DNA from: Yuukianura sp. NJ FZ-2021
Lineage: Eukaryota
Assembly: GCA_046563655.1 (NCBI GenBank)
Contig: CM102290.1
Coordinates: 496,001-560,000 of the forward strand
Reading direction: 5' to 3'
DNA length: 64,000 nucleotides
Position numbers and translations under genes: made by a program. Under the pieces are notes generated by a model. The model searched no databases. It had not been told where the DNA came from and was given only the letters and a program-made list of their open reading frames with translations. Position 1 is the stretch's first letter. Each line of letters starts with the position of its first letter. Positions 13,457 to 25,566 of this stretch are shown one piece after another.

Positions 13457-16400
13457 ATGAATTCAGGGGACTCCTGTATGGGAGATTCGCAGTTTGGAGT
13501 AACGTTTTTTACGTCCAGTCAGCGACAGGATACGTGTGGAAGCAATGGATTACCCTTGACCCCCAACAGCATCCGAATCCTCGGCAGGTCACGGTTTCTC
13601 AAGTCGCTTATCCACACTAACCTGGCTGAATACATAGAAGTCATTCGAGGAAAACATGGTAAGTACACAACTAATTTGTAGTTTTAATTAATGATTAGTT
13701 GAGTACTCATTCTTTCATTTTTAACAGAACGGATAATCGTGGTATCCGAGTTCTATCCTACCAGTCTCCTGACACTGCTCAAAACTCAAAGGATTGACAC
13801 GAGGGACAATCTGGACAAAGTTCTGAAGCTAGTTGTCGAGGTTCTGAAAGCACTGAGTTATCTAAACGATCAGGGGTAAGTCTTTGTCTGTCAATCTAAC
13901 ATAATTTACTAGCGATTAACCGATTCTTACGAAATTGTAGGATTGTTTGCCGAAACTTGTGTTTGGAAAACATCGTTTTTGATGGGTCAATGACTGCAAA
14001 GCTGTTCAACTACGGCCTATACTATATCACCAACTCTGGACAGTACGTCATGTTTCCAATTGGTCAACCGAAGTACACTGCTCCAGAAGTATTTTTGTCC
14101 GGAGACAACCGAGTTACCGATCTTTTCTCGTGTGATGTCTGGTCCCTTGGAATCATTCTTGTAGAGCTGTGTTTAGGCAAACCGATTTGGCAGGATCTGA
14201 AACTTGGTCAAATTATTCAGAAGGTCGTGGAACTTTCAAGATCTGAAACTCCTGTTCTCAAACGATTGCTCACAGATCTGGGTGCTCCTACCATGTTTCA
14301 GGTAATCAAATTAATCAACTAATTAACTACATGACTTCCTTATTTATCTCGTTGTCATTCCAGGACTTGGACGAAAGACTGGTTACAATTCTCAATCTTT
14401 GTTTACTCTGTGATGTATCCAAACGTCCGTCTCCCAAAGAACTTCTGAATCAAATAGAATCCGACCGACTTCCTTCTCCGATCAAGTTCTCGTGTACCGT
14501 CATCGGTGGTGAATCGTGTTCCTGTGAATTGCCCAATGGACATCTTTCCGGAAACTTAAGCTACCGACCTGTTTCCCTCTCTTTACAACTAACAAAACCT
14601 TTGTACCGAAGTTATTCTGGAACAATTGCGGATCAAGAAGAAGTTTCAGCTCCGACGTCGTCAGGTTCCCTATTTCGACGGTCCCTTAAGGAAGTTTTCT
14701 ACTTCTGGCAACTCGCTGGTGGAGACGTCATTGCGGAATTGAAACGTCAAGGACTCACCAGAAAGAAACCAGCAGTTCTCTCCCTCCCGAGGTAACAACT
14801 TTTACTTTATGTTTTAATTAAAACTTTACTTAAATTAGTTGTATAAAACGTTGACACTTCCAGATCGATGACGCTGGCAGGAGAATATATTGGAAGTGCT
14901 AAAGAGCGCGGACTGCTCTTGGATAACACTGTGATAGTTTTGCCTCTGCGAGAACTTATCAAGCGCCTGAGTCGCATGCCGCCCAGCACCTACTTTCCTT
15001 TGATTGTTTCCCAAATGTAAGTTAAACTGGTAGACTAGCCTTACGATTAGTTAATTAATTAAGTAAGTTAGTTAATAAACAATTAATCAATGTTTTTCAG
15101 TCCAGGAATGAACGATGATGCTCTGGATATAACCAAAGACTCAATATCTCTACCCCTAGTCATTCGAGAGAGAGACATCGAGTATCAGTTCAATCGGATT
15201 CTGCTGTTCGACAGATTGCTCAGGGTAACGTTACCAGTTGAAGCTAGTCCAAGTTAATTAAGTAATCAATTTACGTTAATTAGTTATTTCAAATCAGATG
15301 TTTTTAACAACAGGGATTTCCTTATACAAAGGACCTCATCTACAAAGAATGTCTGGTTGACATTCCACCGTTTTTTAGAGCACAGATCTGGGCAGCCCTT
15401 TTAGGAATTCAGGGAGATGTTCAAAGGAGATATGCAGCTATTGACAAGGAAACTCCGACGTCCACGGACAGGCAGGTCAGTTGGGACAGCATGTGTGACC
15501 TTTGACCTTAATGTTGTTGAAAATCACAAACTACCGTATTTCCTCGCGTAAAAGGAAACTACCGTATTTCCTCGTGTATAAGGAAAGTACCGTTTTTCCT
15601 AGTATAAGGCGCGTCTTATCTGAGAAATTTCACAAGAATTCGGGATATTGAGGTATTTTTGAGAATTCGTAGGAGCGTGTTATACGCGAGTGCGTCTTAT
15701 ACGCGATGGAATACCGTAAGTTATTTATTTATTAGTAACTAACTAACCTATGTATTAAACTTTTTTCTAGATCGAAGTAGACATTCCAAGGTGTCATCAA
15801 TATGATGAGCTCCTGTCCAGCCCTTCCGGACACCAAAAATTCAAGAGAATCCTCAAGGCCTGGGTAGTGAGTAACAAGGAGTACGTGTACTGGCAAGGAC
15901 TCGACTCTCTCTGTGCACCATTCCTCTACTTGAATTTTAACAATGAAGGTAACACTTTTAATTAGGTGAGTAATTAATTAACAATGATAAACAGTTTGTT
16001 TGTTGTTCTATAGCTATGGCCTATGCTTGTCTGTCCTCGTTCATTCCAAAGTACCTCTACAACTTCTTTCTCAAAGACAATTCCGCAGTGATTCAGGAGT
16101 ATTTGGCCAAGTTTTCCCAACTCATTGCATTCCATGATCCTCAGCTGACGAATCACCTGGACTCCATCGGATTCATCCCAGAACTCTATGCAATTCCATG
16201 GTTCCTAACTATGTTTTCACGTAAGTAGTAACTAACTAATGTAACAAGTTAGTTAACATGAACTAACTTAACAAGGTGATTAGCATAAGCTAACTTTGTG
16301 TTTTGCTATAGATGTGTTTCCTCTTCATAAGATTTTTCATCTGTGGGACAAACTGCTGCTTGGCGACGCTTCATTTTCACTTTGCATTGGCCTTTCAATA

Positions 16401-17385
16401 CTGTTCCAGCTGAGGGAAGGACTACTCAATTCTGGGTTCAATGAGTGCATCCTCCTGTTCTCTGACATGCCAGGTAAAACTGTCAGTAATTAAGTTAACC
16501 TCAATCAATTGTTATAATTTATGACTACTTTTAAATCTTACTTCAGAAATCAACATTGAGAAGTGCGTAGTGGATTCTGTCCAAGTTTATTCCAATACTC
16601 CCAAAAGCGTTCTGTGTAGAAAGCACCAACCGCCCACGTCCGAAGGAAGGTCAATCGTACTAAAAAATTTGGGTGATTCAGAAGTGTTGCCAACGACGTT
16701 CCATTACTCCGGATGCGACTTCCCAGTGAACCAGGCTTTGGTAAAACAAAAAGAAAGAACTTTTTCTTTAGAAAACTTTAAACTACTCGAATTGCTAATC
16801 GTGACATTCTTGTTTAGAAAATGGACCCAATCAGCTTAGTGGAACTGAAGAAAGAGAAATGTGCTCACATCAGTGGAGAAGACTTGCTGCTCCTTTTTAA
16901 TTTAAAAAAGTCTTCGTCTGTGATATCTCCGTCTGTAATTGTTCTTGACGTCCGAAACAGAGAGGAGTAAGGCACCACTCAAAATACTTTATTTTAATTA
17001 AACTTAACATGGTATTAAACAATAGATTAACTTTGTAGTTATAACCGTGGAGCCATTCCGGGAAGTTTCAACATGCCGTATAATACAGCCTTTGGTCCAG
17101 ATGGGACGTTGACATCTTCTGAAGATGCAACTTATCTGACTGGGCAGCATAATGCTGTCGTAGTTGTAGTTGGGAACAGAGGAGAGGCAGCAACAAAAGT
17201 AAGTTTACAGGCATTATAAAAAATATATAAAAGACGGAATTGATAACGATTTTGAAACGTTTTGATTGGCTTGAAAGTTTGCAGAGAAGCTGCTGAGACT
17301 GGAGTACTCGAAGGTTTGCATTCTACACGGAGGAATAGATATATTCCGGGCTGGGAATATTCTGGTTGTTCCTTCAACCGTTTAA
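13457..17385 (+). CDS. TBCK: TBC domain-containing kinase-like protein (pseudokinase + TBC Rab-GAP + rhodanese)
   Basis: [30 protein letters not shown]...[73 protein letters not shown]-terminal [11 protein letters not shown] ends at 17385. Confidence 0.96.
15532..15718. mobile_element. Tc1/mariner (Tc2-like) MITE with triplicated left end, in a TBCK intron
   Basis: Left TA-CCGTATTTCCTCGCGTA(A/T)AAGG occurs three times at ~28-bp spacing; right end CTTATACGCGATGGAATACCG-TA is its approximate inverse; TA-flanked. Confidence 0.65.
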
Positions 17386-17431
17386 TAAATCTACTACAAT
17401 GTATCGAAAATATAAATTAGCTGGTGATCAC

Positions 17432-18500
17432 CTATTTAGTAGCAACTTGAGCATCTAACTTGATTTCAAATCTGTTCTGCCTTTCTTCCGGGTTTCTACT
17501 GGTTTCCACTTGTGTTTTCGATCCAAAGGAGCCTCAGTCACCTTCAAAAGGGCGCAATCCGATTTAGTTTGATACAACAGCTGATAGTCCTTAGTTGGAA
17601 AGTGGACGTCGAACGGACGAAAGATATCGTCTGGTCCTTCTCCCTAAAGAAAACATAATTTTTAATAAAATTACAGCTAAATAGTTAAAAGAAATAATCT
17701 ATAAATTGTTCAATTACTTCGAGTATCTGGAAAAGTTTCACTGGAAGGCTAATCAACTCCTTTTTTTGGGTCAGTCTCGTATCGAAGTGGAGCGTATTCT
17801 CGCACGTGTCAAAAGTGCCACCCAAAATGATCAACGTTCGGCCAATTTGCAGCACTTGCTTTAGGAAGCTACCGAGAGCTCCTTTGAACTTCAATGAGAT
17901 CCTTTCTGTTCTAAATCCGAGGTCTGGAGCAGTGATTACTTTGGCTTGATAATAATAAACACCGGTTATTGGTTTACCATCGTGCATCATCGCGTACTCC
18001 TTGGTCAGTTGGATCTATAACCACAAGAAATGGGTAAACTAATAGAACATTTACTTATGAAAAATGAAAGACACTAACCACATAAAGAGGCAGATCTTTA
18101 ACACATTCAGTGTACAAATCATCTTGGAATACTGCCATTGTTTTAGCTAGCACATCCCTGACGGCAATGCGAGACCAGTTCACCATATTCCGAAATTCTT
18201 TGTCACCCTCTTTAATCCAAATCGTTCGTACTGCCCAGCCGGGTTCTTTGCAATCTTCATTGTAACTGAGCGTGTAATCGTCAGCTCCTGGACGTGGTGC
18301 TGGAATCAAGGCAGTTTCAGCATCAGCCTTCCTCTTGTCTTTACGTTTAGCCGTCGTTTTCGTGGATCTGACAGTCGGAATGGCTCGACTCGGGCCGGGA
18401 TTCCTACGAATCATTTTGCCCTGGGAAAAACAAAACAGAATTACTAGGTAAATTTTGATTTCTTGGGAAAAATGATATGAGAATGATGAAATTTTACCAT
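17432..18500 (-). CDS. Hypothetical protein, 4 exons, no recognisable homolog
   Basis: ATG|gtaaaa at 18500; exons GKMIRRNPG...LPLYV, IQLTKEYAMMHDGKPITGVYYYQAKV...LFQILE and GEGPDDIFRPFD...VATK* join in frame across short GT-AG introns; TAG at 17432-17434. Confidence 0.7.
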
Positions 18501-19324
18501 AGATTACTAAAATTCCTTGACTAGCAGTTGCACTTGTTGAGTTGGATCCACTACTGACTCCAACTTAATACCGATTGATGGACGAATAAATGACCTTAAA
18601 CAATGATCGATTAAAGTGATTAAAACTTTTGTAGTCTTAAGTACTGAAGATTATTTGTTTTTTTTATAAGACATTATTAGGAAAACAGGCGGGTATTTTG
18701 TGGGTGTTTTTTGGCGGAAAATTTCCCGCCCATTTTTTGAATCTAGAAACGCTCAGAATATAAGATCACGCTCTTACGGCTATGAAAAAACATGAAATGT
18801 AAAATTATATCTCCCAGTGATTTTTTAAATAGTTATTAAGCATTTCTGAACGATTTTTACTAATGCTGTCTATCGTAACACTTACCTAACTAATATACTT
18901 AATAGTTAATATTTAATTTAATATTTAATTAAAAAATATTGATAAATAATTTGATGTTTTTTGAGATATTTGGTTAAGTTCCTCCAACGCAAAGTCATTC
19001 CAATTTTTCTTTTTTTTTTCTACTACTAATCCTACCAATAAATATATTTCGTATCATCATCCGTTAGTTAATTAACTACAATAATTAATCAATAATACAG
19101 TTAATAATTTAGTCAAGCAAGTGTTGAGAATTTGCGAATAATTTGGAACTGAAACCCGATTAGTTCGAGAGTGCTAAAAGAAGAGGTGATTGACCCATGC
19201 GATTTAGTGTGGACAGCAATTCTACCTGGACAGTTCTTTAACCGTCTTTGAAGCAACCACAGCTTTAGTTTCCTACCAAACACAATTTCAAAACAAATTT
19301 CAAAATTTTGGCTCAATTTTCATC

Positions 19325-20569
19325 ATGCTAAGAATTCTGGGGATTCTGCTGGCAGTATTTGCCGTAACGATCCTAAGAATTCAGCAGGTAAACTGAACAA
19401 TCCAACTTGAAAATTACAAAAAGTTTAAACTTTTTGAATTTGAATTGAAATTAAAATTTTGAAATTTTCCCGGACTTTTAAAGGGGCTGACGTTACCGGC
19501 ATTTGACGTTGGAGATGCCCAGAGTCGTGACGTCATTCACGCTAATCGTCGCGTTTTGACTCCAGATGAAGTCGAACTGGCTGATTCTGCGAGAGCCCAC
19601 ATAGCCAAAGTGCTGGAACGGAATCTAATCAGGGTAGAGTCAAAAAGTTAACAATTTTTCGGAACTTTACGGTATTTTGAATCAGAATTTGAACCCTTAC
19701 GGTATTTTTAGTTGTTTGCTGCCATGACCATTGAAGAAAAAAGACAACGGAACCGTCAACAACGGCAGCAACCGGGCGGTGCTGACGAGGAATCGGAAGA
19801 CGAAGATCCCGCCGAAACAGCCACGATCAATCCAAACACTCTTCCGCAAGTAGCGGCTCTTTTGGGCGCCATTTTTTCAGGAAATTTGAATTTGACCAAT
19901 GTCGTCGATCGCGCGTTTTACCTCGTGCCGGATGCCGTACGAAGTCAAGTTACCGGACTGTTCAGCCTCCTCGGTGGCAAAGGACAGCCGAACACTTCCG
20001 GTACTTCCGGCAGCACATCAGTCGTTGTCACGCCAGCACCCCAACCGGAATACATACCACACCCACTTGACCCCACTCCGGAACCGGAAATGACCAATGT
20101 CACTGAAGAGGTCAAAGGTCAAGGTCAAGGTCAAGAGGTAGTAGAGCTGGTGACCACTACAGCTCGACCGGTAGATGTCGCTTTTGGTTCGGTTTTTGAA
20201 GACAAAGCAGTTCCGTCCGGTATTGGTTCGGGAAAATGGTCCTCATCGAGTGCCGAACTGGGCAAACCGGTTGTTCCTGTGGCAGAACCGTTGCTGTTTG
20301 ACGATTGGCCGGCCGGCGGACCAATCACAGAAGAGGAACTGCAACGCGCCGAAGCAGAGGTCATAGAGGCAGCGAAACGGTACGAATCGAATGGAAAAGA
20401 CAAACAACCGAGGTTTTTTCTGGGTTCGGTGAGTCGGTTTCTGCGTTCGGACCAGTTGAATTATACAAGCATTTTTGAAGCAATGCCGGACTTGTTCAGA
20501 GGAGCTCGTGAAGCTTTCGTCCTGCTGGAATCACTTGGAGAAATTGCAACTGGAGAGGATGAAGAATAA
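19325..20569 (+). CDS. Secreted protein, cluster paralog A
   Basis: Signal-peptide exon MLRILGILLAVFAVTILRIQQ, exon 2 19484-19633 ending IAKVLERNLIR, exon 3 19712-20569 ending MPDLFRGAREAFVLLESLGEIATGEDEE*. Confidence 0.85.
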
Positions 20570-21000
20570 AACAACAATTTCAACAACAAATTAAAAAAAA
20601 AAGTCGTTTTTCAAAAAATTTCAATTTTCAAAGTTAATTCTATTATTATCTGTAGCAAACTTGGTGTGGAATAAAAGAAATCAGTGCTGAAATATATTTT
20701 TTTGAATCGTTATTTTTTTTAAACAAAAATTTACCTTCCATTTTGAACGTCTTGTGAAAAACCGAATTTAGAATTTTCTGAAAATTCTAGGTTCAAATTT
20801 TCTAGAAATAGAACAAAAGAGTGCATTAAATTCCAGAAGTTATTGACTAATCTCAATTAATAATTTATTCTAATGAATTAAATATGAAAGTTGTAACACT
20901 TCAGGCAAGCAACTGTAGAAAGTTAGGTTAGTTGCAATTAGGTTTTTGAGTTTCCTCTTCCAGCATTCCTGTATTGGCAGTCGTGTCAATTAGTCTGGAC

Positions 21001-22313
21001 ATGGCGATTGACAGAATTTCAGTTTTTGTGATCTGCGCAGTTTTGGCGGTATTCTGGACAGCATTTGCGCAGGCACAGAGTGGAGACGCTATTGAGAGAG
21101 AGTTGACCCAGGTCAAAGGTCAGCTCGAAAGAGACGGACGACTTCTGCAAAGCAAAACGGAGGAATATGTTGTGGCTAAGTTGAAAAGAAACTTGTTCAG
21201 GGTAAACCATGACAAAACAGTTTTTCAAAATCAGTTTTTTCCAAAAGTTTTTCAAAAAAAAATTTTTTTTAGAAACTGCGATCCATTTTGGAAAGGGATT
21301 CGAATTTCGAATACCCGTTTAGACAAAATAATGAGGAGGAGGCGGAGGAGGAGGAAGAGGAAGCCACTACTGCCAGCACAAATTCAACCACACGTCCAAA
21401 CCAAATCATTCCACAAGTATAATAGTTTTCAAAAAATACTTTTCAAAAAATATGTTTTAAAAAACACTTTTCTAAAAAACCGGTTTTTGAAAGGTGGCGA
21501 ATTTGATCAAAGCGATTTTCGGTGGGAACAGCATCAACATCACATCTTATGCTCAGTCTGCCACCAAGTTCTTGCCACCCTCAATCGGAAACCAAGTTCT
21601 CGGCGTCGTTAAACTACTTGCCCACAATCCCTCTGGACGGTGGACCACCACCACCACCTCAACTGCCCCACCAACCAAAGCCACCAACCCACCCATCAAA
21701 ATCATCCGAGTCACACCCCTCAACCAAACACGCTCAACCAACAACATTGTCAAAAGCAACTCTGTCACCCCCACCCCCAAATCCGAGCGAGCCACCCCCA
21801 CCCCCTCCCCCTCAACACCAACCCCCATCATCCTCATTCCCACCGGGGTGGCATCGACGACACAAAAGCCACGCCCACCCACGCCCACACCCACGCCACG
21901 CCCCAAAACCACGACCAAGTTGCCATCGGAGGACGACGAAGACGAAGAAGATGAAAGGTCACGACAGTTGCAGTTTCCTGACCTCTCTGACCTCACTGTT
22001 CTCCTTGGAGGGAGTAACTACACTTTTCAAAAAAAAGTTTTTTTTTCAGAATTTCGAAATTTTGAGTTTGGCTTTTGACTTTTCAGCTCGTCGGCCTACT
22101 GTAAATGCTACAACGGAGAGTGCGAGTGGGTTTGACGTGGAGTCGGCCACTTCCGGTGGCCTTGACCTGCGTGAACTGGCGTCCAGTGTCCGTCTGGGGT
22201 TGGGGGATTTGATCAAGGTCATGCCGGATTTGTTCAAGGGAGCACGCGAGGCTGTGGGACTCCTCAGCGGCATTCAAAGCCTCCTCGGAAGTTTCGGGGG
22301 CTTCGGAAATTAA
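21001..22313 (+). CDS. Secreted protein with mucin-like Thr/Pro linker, cluster paralog B
   Basis: Signal peptide MAIDRISVFVICAVLAVFWTAFA; exons 21001-21201, 21273-21416, 21494-22012 and 22087-22313; C-terminus MPDLFKGAREAVGLLSGIQSLLGSFGGFGN*. Confidence 0.85.
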
Positions 22314-22722
22314 AAATTTGAAAACTTAAAAAAAACGAGAATTACAAAGTTTGGAAAAAATTAAATTCCAATAAAACCTAACGTTTCATTCTGTTTGAAA
22401 AAAACATCAATTTTTTCAATAACTGTGCTTTTTCTTGTTGTCTCGAAACATCCAAAATTGTTGGATTTTGCAAAAAAAAAATGGACAAAAATGGCAAAAA
22501 AAATGAGTTGACTATGCACAAGTGACAATTGTTTGTAATCGCACTTGTATACTTAGTTAATTGTATAATTAATTAGATTTATGAATATTCTCAACTCATT
22601 TTGACTCGAACTTGTTCCAGAAGTGTTTCAATAATTTCAATAAGTTTTGGAACTTTCGCCACAGTCGGAGCTCACTTTTGCTTTTACTTTGAAAACTTTT
22701 GGAAAATAGGAACCACCAAATC

Positions 22723-23678
22723 ATGGTTTTGGCACTTGGCACGGTTGTTGTCCTTCAGGTACTAAAAAAGAGTAAATAAATAATATAAATTAATTAATAT
22801 AATATAAAATATTATTGTTTTAGTTGGTAGGAATGATACATGGTAGAGGATTGGCTCTGGACATCTCTGAGATCCGGACAGAGGAGATGATTTCTAATAT
22901 TGATGAAATGAAAGTCGCTATTATGGGAATGGCCGAGTACATTCAAGAAATTAACAACAATGTCAACCAAGTTCGGAACAGCTTAGGTCAAGGTCACTTT
23001 TCAAAAAATTCAAGAGGTCGCGGACTCACAGTTGACGAAATTTTAAAACGGGAAGAACTGGCTCAAAAAATTGAGCGCCTTTTTCGAAATGACAATCTCA
23101 CAAAAGTGGATGCTGTGAAAGAAGAATTGGCTTCTGTGGTGGAAACAAACATGATCAAAATGCTGGCAGCCATTTTGCTAACTGGACCAATCCAAGCCCA
23201 GGAACGAACTCCTGATATTCTGAGAGTAGTTTTTCAAAAAACTGAAATTTTGAACAAAATTTTCAAAAAATTTCTGAATCATTTCTATTGACTTTTACAG
23301 CTCATGCGCAACGTTCTCAACAAACAACTTGATTTCAAACCGATTGTTGACCGTCTGCCGTTTCTGATTCGAAATTCTGAAACTAATCAGTTCATTATCT
23401 TGCTCAAGGCTCTTCGTGATGTTAGACTTCAGCAGAAACTTTTTCTTAAATTTTCAAAATTTTCAACTTTTCTGAATTCTGAACTTTTTTTTTTTGACTT
23501 TTGGTAGCATGAACGTTCAAGTAACAGGAGACAACTGGGTGGACTGGAAGACCTTGGAAAAGTTGTGGACGCTGCTGGAAAATTAGATTTGAAACAAGTT
23601 TCGGGATTTTTGAAAGAAATTCCAGAACTTTTTGAAAGTATTGAAGCAGTTGTAGATGGAGTCGAAGATTACTTTTAG
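22723..23678 (+). CDS. Secreted protein, cluster paralog C
   Basis: MVLALGTVVVLQ|LVGMIHGRG...; exons 22723-22758, 22824-23226, 23301-23420 and 23508-23678 (approximate), ending FLKEIPELFESIEAVVDGVEDYF*. Confidence 0.75.
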
Positions 23679-23807
23679 TTAAACCAAATTTAAAAAAAAA
23701 TGCTAAAGTAAAATCTAATTGTGATTTACATTGACTTTTCAAAAATAATCATTTTTCTTTTTTTTTGAATTCAAAATAAATCGAATTGCCAGAATTACGA
23801 CCAAAAC

Positions 23808-24082
23808 CAAGGTTTGTCGACTTGTGGTTTTCTTTATTAGGTTGGGTAAGACCTCATGTTTTTTCGATTTTGCAAGAAAAAATATCTATCTTGTCACTTC
23901 GGTGCATCGTAGTTATAACAATACAGCCAATTTTTTTAAATTTTGCATACGTATTGGTACCAATTTTGGATTGGTACTAAATTGGTACTTAATTTATTGC
24001 TTTTTTCATTTTTTTTTGTCAACAAGCTTGGTAGTACCCAACCTATTTAAGAAAATTAACTTTTCGTTGTCAATGAACCTTG
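23808..24082. mobile_element. CAAGGTT MITE, copy 1, perfect 8-bp TSD ACCAAAAC
   Basis: TIR CAAGGTT...AACCTTG with an identical 8-mer on both flanks; internal sequence is the reverse complement of the copies at 36188 and 39563. Confidence 0.9.
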
Positions 24083-24882
24083 ACCAAAACTGGCAAAACT
24101 GATCCACCAAAGGCATAAATTTCTTTAAATTTTTTTTATCAATTACACGCAATTATAAGTTTATACTATCAAAACAATGCAATTTGAACATCTCCTTTTC
24201 AAAATTTTGCATTCTTTTTAAAAAATTTGCACATTGATTAAAAAAACTGCTTTGGCCTCTTGTTTGTAAGAGCAGTGAGGCGGCGGATAACGTTTTTTCA
24301 ATCTTAAGAAATTTTACTCAAAAAAAAAATTCTCCGGGGCCTCCAGACTGCAAAAAAAAAACTGAGGTGATTGACCTCTCATTCTCAAAATATGAAATTG
24401 AATAAAAAATAAGTAGAAAAATTTTTTTTTTGGTTCTATCTCAAAATTATGATAAGAACAAAATCTGTGTCAAAATCTGTTTTGTGTATAATTGTATTGG
24501 TGTTTTATGAATGAATTTCTTCCAAATTCTCCAGAAGTAGAAACTTCATTAGCAAAAAAGAAAAAAAAATTAGAAAGTTCATTTGCCTTTTCTACATCTG
24601 CAAATCAGCCAACACTTGTGGAAGGTTTCGAAATCCTGAAAAAACGTTTTAGTCAACTCCATTTTTGCATCAATTGACAATTAACAGGATTTTCAACTTG
24701 TCAAAATTATTCCAAATTACGAAAATTTCTCTTTTCTAACATTGGCGACTATCCTACTGGAAACCAAACACCTATAAATACTGGAACACAAATCGACCAA
24801 GAAGTATCACTGTGTTCGCCTTGTCTAAGAAAATTAAAAAACTTTCACTAAACTCCACTTTTTAAAAAAAATCTTAACAAAT

Positions 24883-25566
24883 ATGAAATATATTATCTTC
24901 TCCGTCGTCCTTCTCGGACTGGCTTACCAGGTTAGCCTAACAGGAATAATTAAATGTTAATTGTGATTAACTTTTTGATTAATTGGGATTAAGTTTTTGA
25001 TTGCTTGTGTTAATTATTTTTTTAGAGTTTCGCCGCTCCCGGTACTCCTGTTGAAGAACAAAAAGTACGAGATGCGAGACAAGCCTTGGAACAAGCCTCT
25101 GGACAACTTTCAAACAACTTGATCACGGCGCTGACAAGCCTCGCTAACGCTTCAGCCATCGCTGGAACAAACGTTTCCCGCGCTGCGCAGGTCATGATAC
25201 GAGGTCTCCTGACGGACACTTTTCAACTGGGAGGAGTCGTAGCCTACATGCCCCGCCTCATCTTCCTTGGTAAGAAAAAAAAACTTTTTTAAATTTCAAA
25301 ATTTTGAAATAATTTTGAAATTTTGAAATTCAGACGGACCAACCCAGTTCGTGGAGGTCCTTCGACTCATCAGGAGCAACCAAATCCGACTGCCGAATGA
25401 CATTGACAGTGCCATTGACACGCTCATTTCCTTTGCCAACCAGTACAGGGACTCCAACATTGGCGCCAACTTCAACCCGGCATTCACGTTTCTGCCGAAC
25501 CTGTTCAAGGGCGTAGGGGACTTCATGGTCACTCTGCTCGACAGTCTATTTGCATTCATTGCCTAA
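24883..25566 (+). CDS. Secreted protein, cluster paralog D (most compact member)
   Basis: MKYIIFSVVLLGLAYQ|SFAAPGTP...MPRLIFL|DGPTQFVEVLRLI...FLPNLFKGVGDFMVTLLDSLFAFIA*; TATAAATA at ~24773. Confidence 0.85.

Noticed and set aside
21522..21996. Pro-rich, His-rich and antisense Gly/Val-rich ORFs
   Set aside because: Shadow frames of the C-rich Thr/Pro linker exon of secreted paralog B.
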